Notes: a model not told the origin generated them from the letters alone. 64,000 bases of DNA from an uncultured Methanosarcinaceae archaeon (GCA_963847185.1 CAWJYV010000008.1:352001-416000), one strand, 5' to 3'. Positions 1 through 10,389 are shown, counted from the first letter of the stretch. Numbers and translations are program-made.

Positions 1-45
1 CACCTCATAATCTTTTACCAGGTTGGAAATCTTGAGCATAATCAT
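1..45 (-). CDS. 5' end of a probable ABC-type ATP-binding protein (runs off window)
   Basis: Minus strand reads MIMLKISNLVKDYEV directly after GAGGT; typical ABC ATPase N-terminus, only 15 codons visible. Confidence 0.5.
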   Translation of the reverse strand, partial: MIMLKISNLVKDYEV

Positions 46-301
46 ACCTCTTAGTGTTCAACTCAAATTGACACTGGATCTCTTATGGATACTGAAGGTT
101 TAACCTTCTTTCCTTTTAGAAAATTTGTATGTTTTGAATCATTGCATTTTCCAGATCTGTTAGCGTTAGTAGAATATGAAACTAAAATAGGAATCAGGTA
201 CTTTTCTTTAAAACTATTTATTATAATCGGCTGCCTGTTAATTACCATCTGGACAGTTTCGAAAAGTAAGTATAGAGATAGTTTCTAAAATAAAAAGATT
301 G

Positions 302-396
302 GGTAAAGAAAACATTGGATAAAGAAAGCATTAGGTAAAGAAAACATTGGATGAAGAAAGCATTAGGTAAAGAAGAAACAGCAGGTAAAGAAAAGG
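302..396. repeat. Tandem repeat, 32-bp unit (GGTAAAGAAAACATTGGATRAAGAAAGCATTA) x2 plus degenerate partial copies
   Basis: Directly visible; lies just downstream of the MTH865-like gene. Confidence 0.85.
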
Positions 397-404
397 ACCG
401 AAAT

Positions 405-644
405 TTAAAGTCCTGCTCTTTCAACCAACAATTCTGCTATTTGTTTTGCGTCTTTGAAAGGGAAGTCTTTCTCTGTAATCAGACTTCTCGCTTCTGCTGC
501 AGTAACTACAACATCTCCTATTATGCAAGTGGTATCCAGTCCCTCAGGTAAAGCAGCAATCAACTCTCCCTCCGTGTTGATTGGAAACTTGGAATTTTTA
601 AGTGCTTCAATGATCTGTTCATAGACCTCTTCCCTTACGTTCAT
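405..644 (-). CDS. MTH865-family small protein
   Basis: 79 aa, FPIxTxxELxxALPxGxxTTC and DFPFK motifs; GGAG RBS upstream. Confidence 0.85.
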   Translation of the reverse strand: MNVREEVYEQIIEALKNSKFPINTEGELIAALPEGLDTTCIIGDVVVTAAEARSLITEKDFPFKDAKQIAELLVERAGL

Positions 645-912
645 TTTCTTCTCCTATTCTTTTTTTTGCAGCTATATATTCTTAAAACCATTGTTCTTTG
701 ATTTCCTGTTAACAGCTACTTATTATATTTCATCTACTCTCCCCTTAAGTTATCATTCGTTACATTCTTTAGGGGAAAAAGGCTCTATGAGAAAAGACAA
801 CTTACGCTTTGAGAGAGAACGTTAAAAAATGAATCTTTAAAAAATAAGTGGATTGAGTAAGCTTTTAATCTCAAAAGCAGGCAGCACATTCCAAAACTAT
901 CATTTTCAGGAA

Positions 913-1656
913 TTACTTCTTTATAGCTGATACAAGTTCAGCTACTTTCGCAGTAACATCTTTTACTTCTTCAACAATCGTACCTGTTACTATCATATCC
1001 GCACCTGCAGAAGCACAGAGCTTTGCGGTTTTTGCATCTCTGATCCCGCCGCCGATGATAAGTTTGTTTTCTCCAAGTGCGTGCTTGACTGCCCCTATCA
1101 TCTCAGGGTTAACAGGTGTATCTGCTCCTGATCCGGCTTCAAGATACGTATAATGCATGCCCAGGTACTTGCCTGCAAGGGCGTAAGCGACTGCAAGTTC
1201 AGGTTTCCTTCTTGGAATCAGTTTCGCGTCTCCTACCCATCCGACAGTTCCCCCAGGCTCGACTATAAGGTATGCCATAGAGATAGGTTCTATCTGACTT
1301 CTGTATACAAGCGGAGCTCCAAGTACTTGGTTTGTAATTACGTATCCTATGTCTCTGGAGTTCAGAAGACTCATGAAAAATACTGCATCTGCATACTTGC
1401 TAAGCCCGGCTGAATTCCCTGGAAAGAGGATTGTTGGGACATCTACCTTCTCTTTTATCTTTATGACAGTCTCATCAAGTAGAGTCCCTGATGCTCCCGT
1501 TGAGCCCCCGATCATGATAGCATCGGTACCTCCTTCAACTGCCGCAAGGGCAATTTCAGCGGCTCTTTCCGGCGTTTGAGACGCCGGGTCGATAAGGGTA
1601 AGATGTACTTTTCCTTCCTGATCAATAATTTTCTGAAGGTGTGCTTCCACCTGCAA
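913..1656 (-). CDS. Geranylgeranylglyceryl phosphate synthase
   Basis: HLTLIDP, GTDAIMIGGS, FMSLLNS, YLEAGSGA, GGGIR motifs. Confidence 0.95.
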   Translation of the reverse strand: MQVEAHLQKIIDQEGKVHLTLIDPASQTPERAAEIALAAVEGGTDAIMIGGSTGASGTLLDETVIKIKEKVDVPTILFPGNSAGLSKYADAVFFMSLLNSRDIGYVITNQVLGAPLVYRSQIEPISMAYLIVEPGGTVGWVGDAKLIPRRKPELAVAYALAGKYLGMHYTYLEAGSGADTPVNPEMIGAVKHALGENKLIIGGGIRDAKTAKLCASAGADMIVTGTIVEEVKDVTAKVAELVSAIKK

Positions 1657-1662
1657 AAAAGA

Positions 1663-1812
1663 TCATGCTCCCTTGGATTCCTTGGATTTTACACGAAGGG
1701 CGCTGGAACCGCATTTTCTGCAGCGTGTTGCTCTTACTGCATTTCTTGCATTGCATTTCATGCAGATCTTTTTATTTAATAATCTTTCTTCTGCTTCTGG
1801 AAAACGACCCAT
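1663..1812 (-). CDS. rpl40e: 50S ribosomal protein L40e (not in ORF track)
   Basis: Manual translation [49 protein letters not shown]; AGGTGA RBS. Confidence 0.95.
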   Translation of the reverse strand: MGRFPEAEERLLNKKICMKCNARNAVRATRCRKCGSSALRVKSKESKGA

Positions 1813-2167
1813 TTTTTGTCACCTGCTATTATTTTTATTATCGATAAGGTATATAGCCCGCTTAATGGATGTTAAGGCATATAATGTTTTTCATCAAAAA
1901 ATCCGTTGTTTACGGAGTTTGATCTTCTTTTTTTCTTCTTTTTTCGCGTGCATGAAGTTTTTACTGTGCTTTTGACTCAAAGCTTATTTATTGGTTATGT
2001 TGTTTATTCCCTGACTTCTATACTAATCGAGGACTAAATGATAATTAAGTTAACGTCGAATTTTGCATACGTTAATGTGGAAATTACATAAAGCTAAAAA
2101 TCATATTTAATGTTATAATCCATTTTATGTTTAATCAACTCGGGATTTTGAGTTCCCTATCTCTTTA

Positions 2168-3526
2168 ATGGTGATCGACGTGACTATTCATCCTATAGAT
2201 TATCGGTATGGTACAGCGGAAATGAAATATGTGTGGAGTCAAGAAAACAGACTTGCCAAAATTCTCCGGACAGAAGTTGCTCTTGCAAGGGCCGAGGCGG
2301 ATATGGGGATAATTCCTGCAGAAGCGGCTGAAATTATTTCTGAAAGCATTACTTCTGTAAAGCCTGAGAGAGTAGATGAGATCGAAGCTGAAATCCATCA
2401 TGATATGATGGCCGTGGTTCTTGCGATCTCTGAACAGTGCAGAGATGATGCTGGAAAATGGGTACATTTTGGAGCCACTTCAAATGATATTCTGGACACA
2501 GCAACAGCTCTCCAGATTAAGGATGCAATTGAGATCTTTGAAGACAAACTTAAGACTTTATTAAAAACCCTGCTTAATCAGGCAGAAGATCATAAGCAAA
2601 CTGTCTGCTGTGGCAGGACCCACGGGCAGATTGGAGTTCCAACAACTTACGGGCTCCGTTTTGCTATATGGGCTTCAGAGATCTCAAGACATCTCGAGAG
2701 ATTGTACCAGCTTACTCCGAGAGCAACTGTAGGACAAATGACTGGAGCAGTTGGGACACAGGCTGCATTTGGAAAATCCGGAATTTTAATACAGAAACTT
2801 ACCATGCAACACCTTGGAATTGGAGCTGTCGATGTTTCCAATCAGATCATCCAAAGGGATAGGCATGCTGAATTCGTAATGTGGATGGCAAATGCCGTCA
2901 CTACTCTGGATAAAATAGGAGTCGAAATCAGAACTCTTCAGCGAAGCGAGATCGCCGAGATTGAAGAAAGCTTTGGAAAAAAGCAGGTAGGATCATCTAC
3001 CATGCCTCATAAGCGCAACCCAATAAAATCAGAACAGATCTGCGGGCTTGCAAGGATTGTAAGGGCTATGGTCGAACCTGAGCTTCTTAACAACACCCTA
3101 TGGGATGAAAGAGACCTTACCAACTCTTCCTGCGAGAGGGTGGTTTTTCCTGAAGCCTGTGTTCTGACCGACCATATACTTAAGCTCGGGATTTCTGTGC
3201 TTGAGAACCTGAGGTTCTATCCTGAAAATATTCGGAAGAATTTGGAATTGCTTAGGGGCCTAAACATGGGAGAAGCTGTCATGATCGAACTTGCAAAGAG
3301 AGGTGTGGGCAGGCAGGAAGCTCATGAGCTTGTCCGGGATGCAGCAATGAGGGCTCATGATACAGGGCAATATTTCAAAAACGTCCTTCTGGAAACTCCT
3401 GCTGTTGCAAGGTATCTGTCTGCTCTCGATATTGAAAATCTCGTAAATCCTGATAAATATATAGGAACTGCAGTTGAACAGGTTGAAGCACTCGTTGTAA
3501 AACTTCGTGAGGGTTATTCCCTCTAA
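2168..3526 (+). CDS. purB: Adenylosuccinate lyase
   Basis: HFGATSND, GRTHGQ, GSSTMPHKRNP signature. Confidence 0.97.
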   Translation: MVIDVTIHPIDYRYGTAEMKYVWSQENRLAKILRTEVALARAEADMGIIPAEAAEIISESITSVKPERVDEIEAEIHHDMMAVVLAISEQCRDDAGKWVHFGATSNDILDTATALQIKDAIEIFEDKLKTLLKTLLNQAEDHKQTVCCGRTHGQIGVPTTYGLRFAIWASEISRHLERLYQLTPRATVGQMTGAVGTQAAFGKSGILIQKLTMQHLGIGAVDVSNQIIQRDRHAEFVMWMANAVTTLDKIGVEIRTLQRSEIAEIEESFGKKQVGSSTMPHKRNPIKSEQICGLARIVRAMVEPELLNNTLWDERDLTNSSCERVVFPEACVLTDHILKLGISVLENLRFYPENIRKNLELLRGLNMGEAVMIELAKRGVGRQEAHELVRDAAMRAHDTGQYFKNVLLETPAVARYLSALDIENLVNPDKYIGTAVEQVEALVVKLREGYSL

Positions 3527-3768
3527 CCTTTTTCTTTCTTTTAAGCTAATCAATAAGGGCGATTAACTGATGGAAAAATATAAATTACTTGTTTCTCAGT
3601 TCAAGTATAGAGCTTAATAACGTTTTGTCCAAAAAAACAGTTTTGCGCAAGAATTGTAAAGCTCCGAACTTCTTCATTTATGTGAAAGATTAAATATAAA
3701 TGTTTATATCCTATGAGCTTTATTATATTAAAACAACTTTGTCAAAAGTTTCATCCAACTTGGGTGAT

Positions 3769-3863
3769 TGAGGCATCTAAAAATTAGGTGTTGCGTAACT
3801 TAAAATGTCTAGTTGGGCTAGATATGTAGATGTTTTAGGTGTGAAAGTGGATTAGATGCCTCA
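3769..3863. ncRNA. Candidate structured small RNA, copy 1
   Basis: TGAGGCATCT...AGATGCCTCA closing stem; conserved blocks shared with 4658-4753; TATA-like motif on minus strand at 3885-3892. Confidence 0.55.
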
Positions 3864-4083
3864 TTAACTCCTATGTAGAGGTTATTTATAAAATTTGTGC
3901 TAATTTCCTGATTCTATCTTCTCAAAAAAATAATCCTTCCCTTCTCTATTCTTCCATTTTTTACCTCTTATCTTTTCCCTCTATTGTTCTCAATTTTCGA
4001 AGCTATTTTCTTTGTTTCCTCTTATCCAATTACTCATAGGGTAAACCGTCTTTTTAGATATCTAATTTACGATCCTGAAGCAT

Positions 4084-4400
4084 GGAAATCGGAGATCTTG
4101 TGGAAGTTATGATGTAATTACAACAGTGTGAGGTGCTTTTCGCCCCGAGTTCCGTCTCCCGAGCTTCGCTTCCCGAGTTCCGCGTCGGGATCACAGGAAA
4201 TTGGAGATTTTCTGGGAGTTGCGATGTAATCGCAACAGCACGGGGTCTGTTCACTTGCTTCGCTCGCTCAAGCAGACTATTATGGTTTAAAATCCGAAAA
4301 AAATCCCATTGTAGAAGCCATCAGTCCTTTTTGATGCGCTCAAGAGGACTAATTTATGGCTTTTTGATGCTTCTAGTGGGTGGGTACAGAGAATTTTAGT
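4084..4400. repeat. Composite intergenic palindromic/direct repeat element (MITE/REP-like)
   Basis: ~50-bp imperfect direct repeat (4084-4133, 4196-4245) with hairpin GTTGCGAT-GTA-ATCGCAAC; CCCGAG x3; GCTCAAG..GACTA..TTATGG x2. Confidence 0.6.
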
Positions 4401-4657
4401 TTTTAATGTAAATATTAGATTTTTTGAATTTGATCGGTGTTTGTGCCCTAACCTTCCATAATTATAAAAAAATAGTGGTTCCTTCCAGATAGGATGTGGA
4501 CTTTTGTGCTATTTCAGGGCTATTCTGTCCGGTCATGTGTAAAAAATGCTTCTGTGACTTAAATTAATTTTCAAGTTAATTTTTATTTTGTGGTATAACT
4601 ATAAACGCTTATATATGATGATTTTCTATCCCTTTGAGCGTTGCTTTATCCAAGTAT

Positions 4658-4753
4658 TGAGGCATCTGAAATAGGTGTTGCGAAACTTAAAATATCTATC
4701 TGGGCTAGTTTGGGTAGATTATTTCATGGTGTGAAAGTGGATTAGATGCCTCA
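4658..4753. ncRNA. Candidate structured small RNA, copy 2
   Basis: Closing stem extends to 13 bp (TATTGAGGCATCT/AGATGCCTCAATA); same conserved blocks and same minus-strand TATA-like motif (4777-4784) as copy 1. Confidence 0.55.
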
Positions 4754-5040
4754 ATAATTTCTAATGATAAGGTTATTTATATAATTTGTGTTTACTGTAT
4801 GCACAACCGCCCAAAACTGACATTTTACAGTAGATTGTTTATGTTTCCTTGATTGTTTTCAGTATCTATGTAGTATTTTTTTATAGTGATTTCTTCCTTC
4901 TGCTTGTGTTTTCTCCTGATTTATTTTGTTAAGTTCTTCTGTCCCGAAACGGATAGTGCTGTATATGTAAACTATGGTCCAGAATTATTTACAAGTTATT
5001 TTTCCTTAAGCTTGAAGTCGCTAGTGTTTGAGACACTTCA

Positions 5041-6666
5041 TTATTCCTGCTGGGAAGGTTTGAATACTTCCAGATTTTCCCAGTTGAATTTATCTGGAGG
5101 ACAGGCTCTTATGCATTTCTGACAGTGAGCTCCTTCACAGAGGTCAGTGCTTATCATAACTCTGTTTTCCTCATCAATTGTTATAGCATCATTAGGGCAG
5201 ACTTTTATGCACTTTTTGCATTCGGGGCAATCCACAACCATGGTCATATATGTCCCGACCCTCTCCAGCACATAGAGTCCTTCTTCCCCAAGCACAGGAA
5301 TGTCCCTTTCTACACGTTTCTCGACGATGGGATTGTCTATAGGATCATCAAGCCCTGGAAGTCCTTTCTTTTTGAGATATTTTTTAAACATTTTAAAAGG
5401 CATACCCTCTTCCCAATACGCAAGTTCAAGAATATACGCATCCCTGAATTCAGGGGATGTTGCAAACATAATGTGAGTACCTATAATCTGGTTTGCAATG
5501 TCCTGAAGTTCCCAGAGCCTCTCTTCTGAAAGAAGGACTTCTTTTGCTACTATTAGGGAAGTATTTCCTATCTGACAGATTCTTTTCGTGGAATAGGGGA
5601 TCAACCCTATTTTCTGGGCTTTTGCCGCATCCATATAGGTGCCAGCAGCTCCTGCCATATAAGCTGTATTTATATCTTCCATTTGAATTCCTGCAGATGA
5701 ACAGAGGGTAATATGTCCTGCTCGTATGGCTCCTATAGCTTTTCCAGCTTCATGCATATCTTTTTCTGAAAATTTGATCTTATTCTGCAGGTGAATTGTG
5801 CCATCAGGGGTTTTAATCTTCGGAAGTTCAGCGAGTCCACGCCCCAGGGCTTTTTCTATCAGGGCTATAACTCCTGTCCCTGTTATACCTCTTGCTTTTA
5901 TTTGCCCTTCTTTAATTATATTTCCCGTAGCTGGATCTACAAGGTCTCCTGGGACTTGTTTCATCTCTTCGTTGAGCACATAGTTTCTCAGAAATCCGTT
6001 CTCGAATTCAAAATCAGATATCGTGAATGGAGAAGCAAGTTTCCCTTGCTTTATTTGCTGTCCTTCGAGAGCCGGTCCAGCAGCTGCGGATCCTGTATAA
6101 ATAATATCTTTCACTTTAAGGGCCATTTCGGCATTTGTCCCATAGTCCGTTGCAATTGATATCTCATCACTTTCAAGCATTCCTGATTTGACAATCAGGG
6201 CAAGGGCATCAGCTCCGACTTCGTGTTTTATTGCAGGGGGAACTCTCAGTTCGAAGTCAAATTCTTCAAATCCTGGAATTTCTTTGCTGGAAGCAATTCT
6301 GGCATTTCTATTCTGTTCTTTTATATTGTATTTCTGTTTCTTCCGCTCGCCTGCGTAAGCAAGGTCTTCTATGGAAATTCCCTGAAAGATTGACAGCTGG
6401 ATGGGGTTTCCACAAATCGAAAGCCTTTCCAGTTCTTTTCTCTCCACACCCAGAGTTTTGAATATATTTTTTACAGCGTTTACTGAAAGCTCGTGTGCAA
6501 GGTTTTGCCCATAGTGGATTGCGAAGTCCATGTGGTCCATCACATTCGCGCCGGGAAGTGGGTTCCTTAAAGTTATTACAGTTCTTTTGATCTCTCCATT
6601 GTCAAGGTCAATTTTCTGAGCTCGATATCCACTTGTACCCAGGTCAATTGCAACTCCGTATCTCAT
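5041..6666 (-). CDS. ramA: Methylamine methyltransferase corrinoid protein reductive activase (RamA family)
   Basis: N-terminal AIDLGTSG ASKHA motif, DYGTNAE, C-terminal ferredoxin-type Cys motifs CPECKKCIKVCP and CEGAHCQKCIRACP. Confidence 0.9.
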   Translation of the reverse strand: MRYGVAIDLGTSGYRAQKIDLDNGEIKRTVITLRNPLPGANVMDHMDFAIHYGQNLAHELSVNAVKNIFKTLGVERKELERLSICGNPIQLSIFQGISIEDLAYAGERKKQKYNIKEQNRNARIASSKEIPGFEEFDFELRVPPAIKHEVGADALALIVKSGMLESDEISIATDYGTNAEMALKVKDIIYTGSAAAGPALEGQQIKQGKLASPFTISDFEFENGFLRNYVLNEEMKQVPGDLVDPATGNIIKEGQIKARGITGTGVIALIEKALGRGLAELPKIKTPDGTIHLQNKIKFSEKDMHEAGKAIGAIRAGHITLCSSAGIQMEDINTAYMAGAAGTYMDAAKAQKIGLIPYSTKRICQIGNTSLIVAKEVLLSEERLWELQDIANQIIGTHIMFATSPEFRDAYILELAYWEEGMPFKMFKKYLKKKGLPGLDDPIDNPIVEKRVERDIPVLGEEGLYVLERVGTYMTMVVDCPECKKCIKVCPNDAITIDEENRVMISTDLCEGAHCQKCIRACPPDKFNWENLEVFKPSQQE

Positions 6667-6982
6667 ATATACTCCCCTAACTTTTCTTATTTCGTCGGAT
6701 GTTTTTTAATTTAGCCGTTGAGGTTTTATGTATTCAATATTTTGAAAATAACATATAAATAAATAGAGCAATTTATTCGTTTATATTTATATTTAATTCG
6801 AAATAAATTACGCGTTAATTGCTTTTTAAAAATTACTCTCGAAATTTTTGTTATACCTTATATGGTAAATTTTATTAAAAAAGATGTTTGCTAGGCCTAT
6901 TTCTTTCCTTTTGTCAGGCAGCCTGAGCCTTTTAAAATCCTTTGCTAAAAATAGATATCGGGAGAAATATGGTGAAGATATC

Positions 6983-6990
6983 TTTATATA
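6983..6990 (+). promoter_or_regulatory. TATA box of SRP RNA
   Basis: TTTATATA about 23-30 nt upstream of the SRP RNA 5' end. Confidence 0.7.
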
Positions 6991-7012
6991 GTACAAGTGT
7001 CTTTGTATAGTC

Positions 7013-7327
7013 GATGAGCTAGTCTGGGTAGCTCGGCGTTACCTGTAACCCGAAATCGCCGATATGCGGGGGACGAAGCCAAAGGAAGATGCGTCAAAGA
7101 AACTCCAGCCTGGAATCTCAACTGAGAAGCCCCGTCCTACTTGGATGGTGCAGGTATGCGGGTTTGCTGGAAAACAGATCTTCATACCATAACTGCGGAA
7201 ACCGGTCGAGGCCCGGAAGGGAGCAGACTTACTGTGGGCAACTGTCGCTTGCGGGGTCGCGGGGTGGAGAAGAGAATCCAGTCTCCTGGAATCTCCAAGA
7301 TGCACCAACCTGAGGTGTGCTCATCAC
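7013..7327 (+). ncRNA. ffs: Archaeal SRP (7S) RNA
   Basis: Helix-8 motif GGCCCGGAAGGGAGCAG, Alu-like TGTAAC, terminal pairing GATGAGC/GCTCATC, about 310 nt. Confidence 0.93.
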
Positions 7328-7468
7328 TTCAAACTTTTCGAGAGCTTACTTCTATAGTATAATTTAATTCTTTGAAACTCTTTGGGTAACACAATTGTAA
7401 AATGCTCTCCGGAAAAGATTAAATACATGAAATGCGTTTAAGGGGACGCGCTTCTTAAAGTCCGTTGT

Positions 7469-7553
7469 GACGAGATAGCCAAGCCCGGTATGGCGCGGGA
7501 TTGCTAATCCCGTGATGCCCCGCATCCCGGGGGTTCGAGTCCCCCTCTCGTCG
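7469..7553 (+). tRNA. tRNA-Ser (GCT)
   Basis: Acceptor GACGAGA/TCTCGTC+G, anticodon arm CGGGA-TTGCTAA-TCCCG, long variable arm, GGTTCGAGTCC. Confidence 0.95.
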
Positions 7554-7728
7554 TTTCATTTTTTCATAAACTTTTTTATTCATTCAGTATTTATGCAAGA
7601 TGTTCGTAGCCTCAAATTTTCCTATCCTGCCGTTGTTCAAGACTATTAATTTTCATATATTGCCCCCCCTTTTCTTAATAGAGTTCAAGTCAATGAAATT
7701 TATATTATTTAAAAATTAATATCTATTA

Positions 7729-9717
7729 ATGGCAGACCTGCTTCTAACCGACCTTCTTATCATTTTCGGGCTTTCCATTCCTGTAGTTTTTATTTTTTCA
7801 AGGTTAAAAATAGCTCCGCTTGTGGGTTTTTTGCTTGCAGGTATCCTAGCAGGACCTTTCGGTTTCGGATTGATTAGGGATATAGAAAATATCGAAGTCC
7901 TGGCTGAGATCGGAGTCGTCTTATTGCTCTTTACTATCGGGATAGAGTTCTCTCTGCGTGAACTTCTCAAGCTCAGGCGAATTGTTCTTTTAGGAGGGGG
8001 ACTGCAGGTTTTTCTTACTACGGTTATTGTTGCTTTTATCTTCTCGGGGCTTGGATATCCCCCTAAAGCTGCGATTTACATGGGGCTTATTGTATCATTG
8101 AGCAGCACCGCTATTGTCCTGAAATTGCTTCAGGAAAAGGGGGAGATATATAGTGCGCATGGAAGAATTGCACTCGGAATCCTTATTTTTCAGGATATAG
8201 CTGCAGTTTTGATAATTATTCTTGCTCCTCTTCTTGCTGGGCAAACAGTAACTGGAGATGCTATCTTTGAGCTTGCTTTTAGAGGAATCGGGCTTGTCCT
8301 TCTCACCCTTATAAGTTCCCGTTATGTAGTTCCTTTTCTTCTGTTCCAGGTGGCGAAGACGCGCAATAACGAACTTTTCTTACTAAGCGTCGTGGTAATA
8401 GGTCTTTCAGTTGCCTGGATTACCTCTTTGGCAGGTCTTTCCCTTGCTCTTGGAGCTTTTCTTGCAGGATTGATTATTTCTGATTCTGAATACTCTACAC
8501 AGGCACTTGGAAATGTTATTCCTTTCAGGGATATGTTCATGAGTATCTTTTTTATCTCCACAGGTATGCTGCTGGATCTTGATCTTATAAGGACGCATTT
8601 TTTCCTTATTCTTGCAGCCACTGCTCTGGTCCTCTTCCTTAAAACTATTGTAAATGCCCAAACTACTTTCCTAATAGGGTTTCCTCTGCATACTATGCTC
8701 CTTGTAGGTTTTTCCCTGGCCCAAATAGGCGAATTTTCTCTTATTACGGCGAGTGTAGGTTTCGAGAATGGGATTCTTTCAGAGGAAATCTATCAGGAGT
8801 TCCTGGCTGTTACCGTGCTTTCTATGGTACTGACTCCTTTTTTCATGGATCTGGGGCATTACTATGCAGCTTCCAGCCAGAGACTTCACCTTCCCGGAGT
8901 ACTCGTATATGACCGGTACAGGATTTTCCAGGGAGAGAAACAGGGAGAAAAACTTGAAAATCACCTGATCATAATAGGTTTTGGAGTCAATGGAAGGAAT
9001 GTTGGAATTGCTGCCCAAAAAGCTTTGATTCCCTATTTGATCATTGAAATTAATCCCGAAACTGTCAAACATGAAAAACTAAAAGGAGAGCCGATTATCT
9101 ATGGAGATGCAGCCCAGAAAGCTGTGCTTGAGCATGCAGGGATCAGGGCAGCAAAATCAGTTGTAATTACCGCAGGAGATCCTGCAAGTTCCATACGAAT
9201 CATTGAAGCAGCCAGGAGACTAAATCCTGATACTCATATTATTGCAAGAACTCACTTCCTGAATCAACTTGATAACTTATATTCTATAGGGGCCAATGAG
9301 GTTGTCTCGGATGAATTTGAGTCTTCCATAGAACTCTTTTCCAGGGTACTTAATACTTACATGGTCCCTGAGAATGAAATTGAAACTATGAATACACAGC
9401 TCAGGGCCGACCATTACCAGGTACTTCGTAATCCTGAATTGCATCGGACAGGCATATGTGAACTTGCCCTTGACTTCTCTGATGTGGAAATTAAAAGTAT
9501 AAGAGTTGAAAAAGGTTCGGAAGCTTCAGGAAAAACTCTGGGAGATCTTGATATCAGAAAAAGGTATGGAATTACCATCCTTGCTATTTCCAGAGATCAC
9601 AGACTCATATACGACTTGGGAGCTAAAACAGAACTTAAGCAAGATGATATTTTGCTTGTAATCAGCCCTCCAGAACAACTTGAGGAAATTAGGGAGATTT
9701 TTTCAAAAACGAGCTGA
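7729..9717 (+). CDS. CPA2 cation:proton antiporter (Kef-type) with TrkA-N and TrkA-C domains
   Basis: Multi-TM N-half with SLSSTAIV and GILIFQD; GFGVNG Rossmann motif; C-terminal RCK_C. Confidence 0.92.
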   Translation: MADLLLTDLLIIFGLSIPVVFIFSRLKIAPLVGFLLAGILAGPFGFGLIRDIENIEVLAEIGVVLLLFTIGIEFSLRELLKLRRIVLLGGGLQVFLTTVIVAFIFSGLGYPPKAAIYMGLIVSLSSTAIVLKLLQEKGEIYSAHGRIALGILIFQDIAAVLIIILAPLLAGQTVTGDAIFELAFRGIGLVLLTLISSRYVVPFLLFQVAKTRNNELFLLSVVVIGLSVAWITSLAGLSLALGAFLAGLIISDSEYSTQALGNVIPFRDMFMSIFFISTGMLLDLDLIRTHFFLILAATALVLFLKTIVNAQTTFLIGFPLHTMLLVGFSLAQIGEFSLITASVGFENGILSEEIYQEFLAVTVLSMVLTPFFMDLGHYYAASSQRLHLPGVLVYDRYRIFQGEKQGEKLENHLIIIGFGVNGRNVGIAAQKALIPYLIIEINPETVKHEKLKGEPIIYGDAAQKAVLEHAGIRAAKSVVITAGDPASSIRIIEAARRLNPDTHIIARTHFLNQLDNLYSIGANEVVSDEFESSIELFSRVLNTYMVPENEIETMNTQLRADHYQVLRNPELHRTGICELALDFSDVEIKSIRVEKGSEASGKTLGDLDIRKRYGITILAISRDHRLIYDLGAKTELKQDDILLVISPPEQLEEIREIFSKTS

Positions 9718-10006
9718 GAGTGGATATTCTTCTGGAATATTTTCTCTTTTTTTCTCTTTTTTATTTTTCTGCTCTTATTACTTACTTAAATAATGAACTA
9801 TCTCCTTTATCTCTTTTTTTCTTCCACTCTATTCTCTTAAATAATTCACAATAACTTTAAATAATGTATCTTTCTATTTACTATATGTAAAGTTTATATT
9901 ACATATTGTAATCGAAAATAGTCAATTTGTTTGCACTACCATACTTAATGACTTTAATTATTAATTTGATTTTTATTGAAATACCATACTTACGGAGGAT
10001 TCGCAA

Positions 10007-10389
10007 ATGAAAAAGAAAGAATTCAGAATTATTTCTTTCCTTATTCCAATGATTATGGGAGTTATCGTTGTTCATTCAATATCAATCGGAAATCCGATAC
10101 TTGCTGTGGGTTCCGTTTTTGCAGGCATGATTGTCATGTACCTTTCTAAACACAGGCTAAATGATATTGTGGAAGACGAGCGTATTCGTCAGATTAGTCA
10201 GAAAGCTTCTGGATTACTCTTCAATTTATTGCTGTCAGCTTTGCCCTTGGAGGAACAGCCCTTATAGCAATGAAAAACACTTATCCAGGCTATATAAATC
10301 TTGGTTTTTTCATGGCATATGCAAGTTGTGCAGTTCTTGTTCTTTACTCCCTTTCTTACATTTATTGCAACAGGGAGTATGGGGGATGA
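10007..10389 (+). pseudogene. DUF2178-like membrane protein with 1-bp frameshift near 10209
   Basis: DER motif; alternative frame continues WITLQFIAVSFALGG...YIYCNREYGG* giving ~127 aa. Confidence 0.75.

Noticed and set aside
63-288. Opposing 61-aa and 67-aa ORFs
   Set aside because: No recognisable motif or clear RBS; cannot support either
302-396. 32-bp repeats as a possible CRISPR array
   Set aside because: Units are contiguous with no unique spacers; no cas operon
4054-4399. 66-aa and 88-aa ORFs in the purB-ramA spacer
   Set aside because: They overlap the palindromic repeat element and look like spurious translations
7039-7362. Three short ORFs overlapping 7039-7362
   Set aside because: They are shadows of the GC-rich SRP RNA
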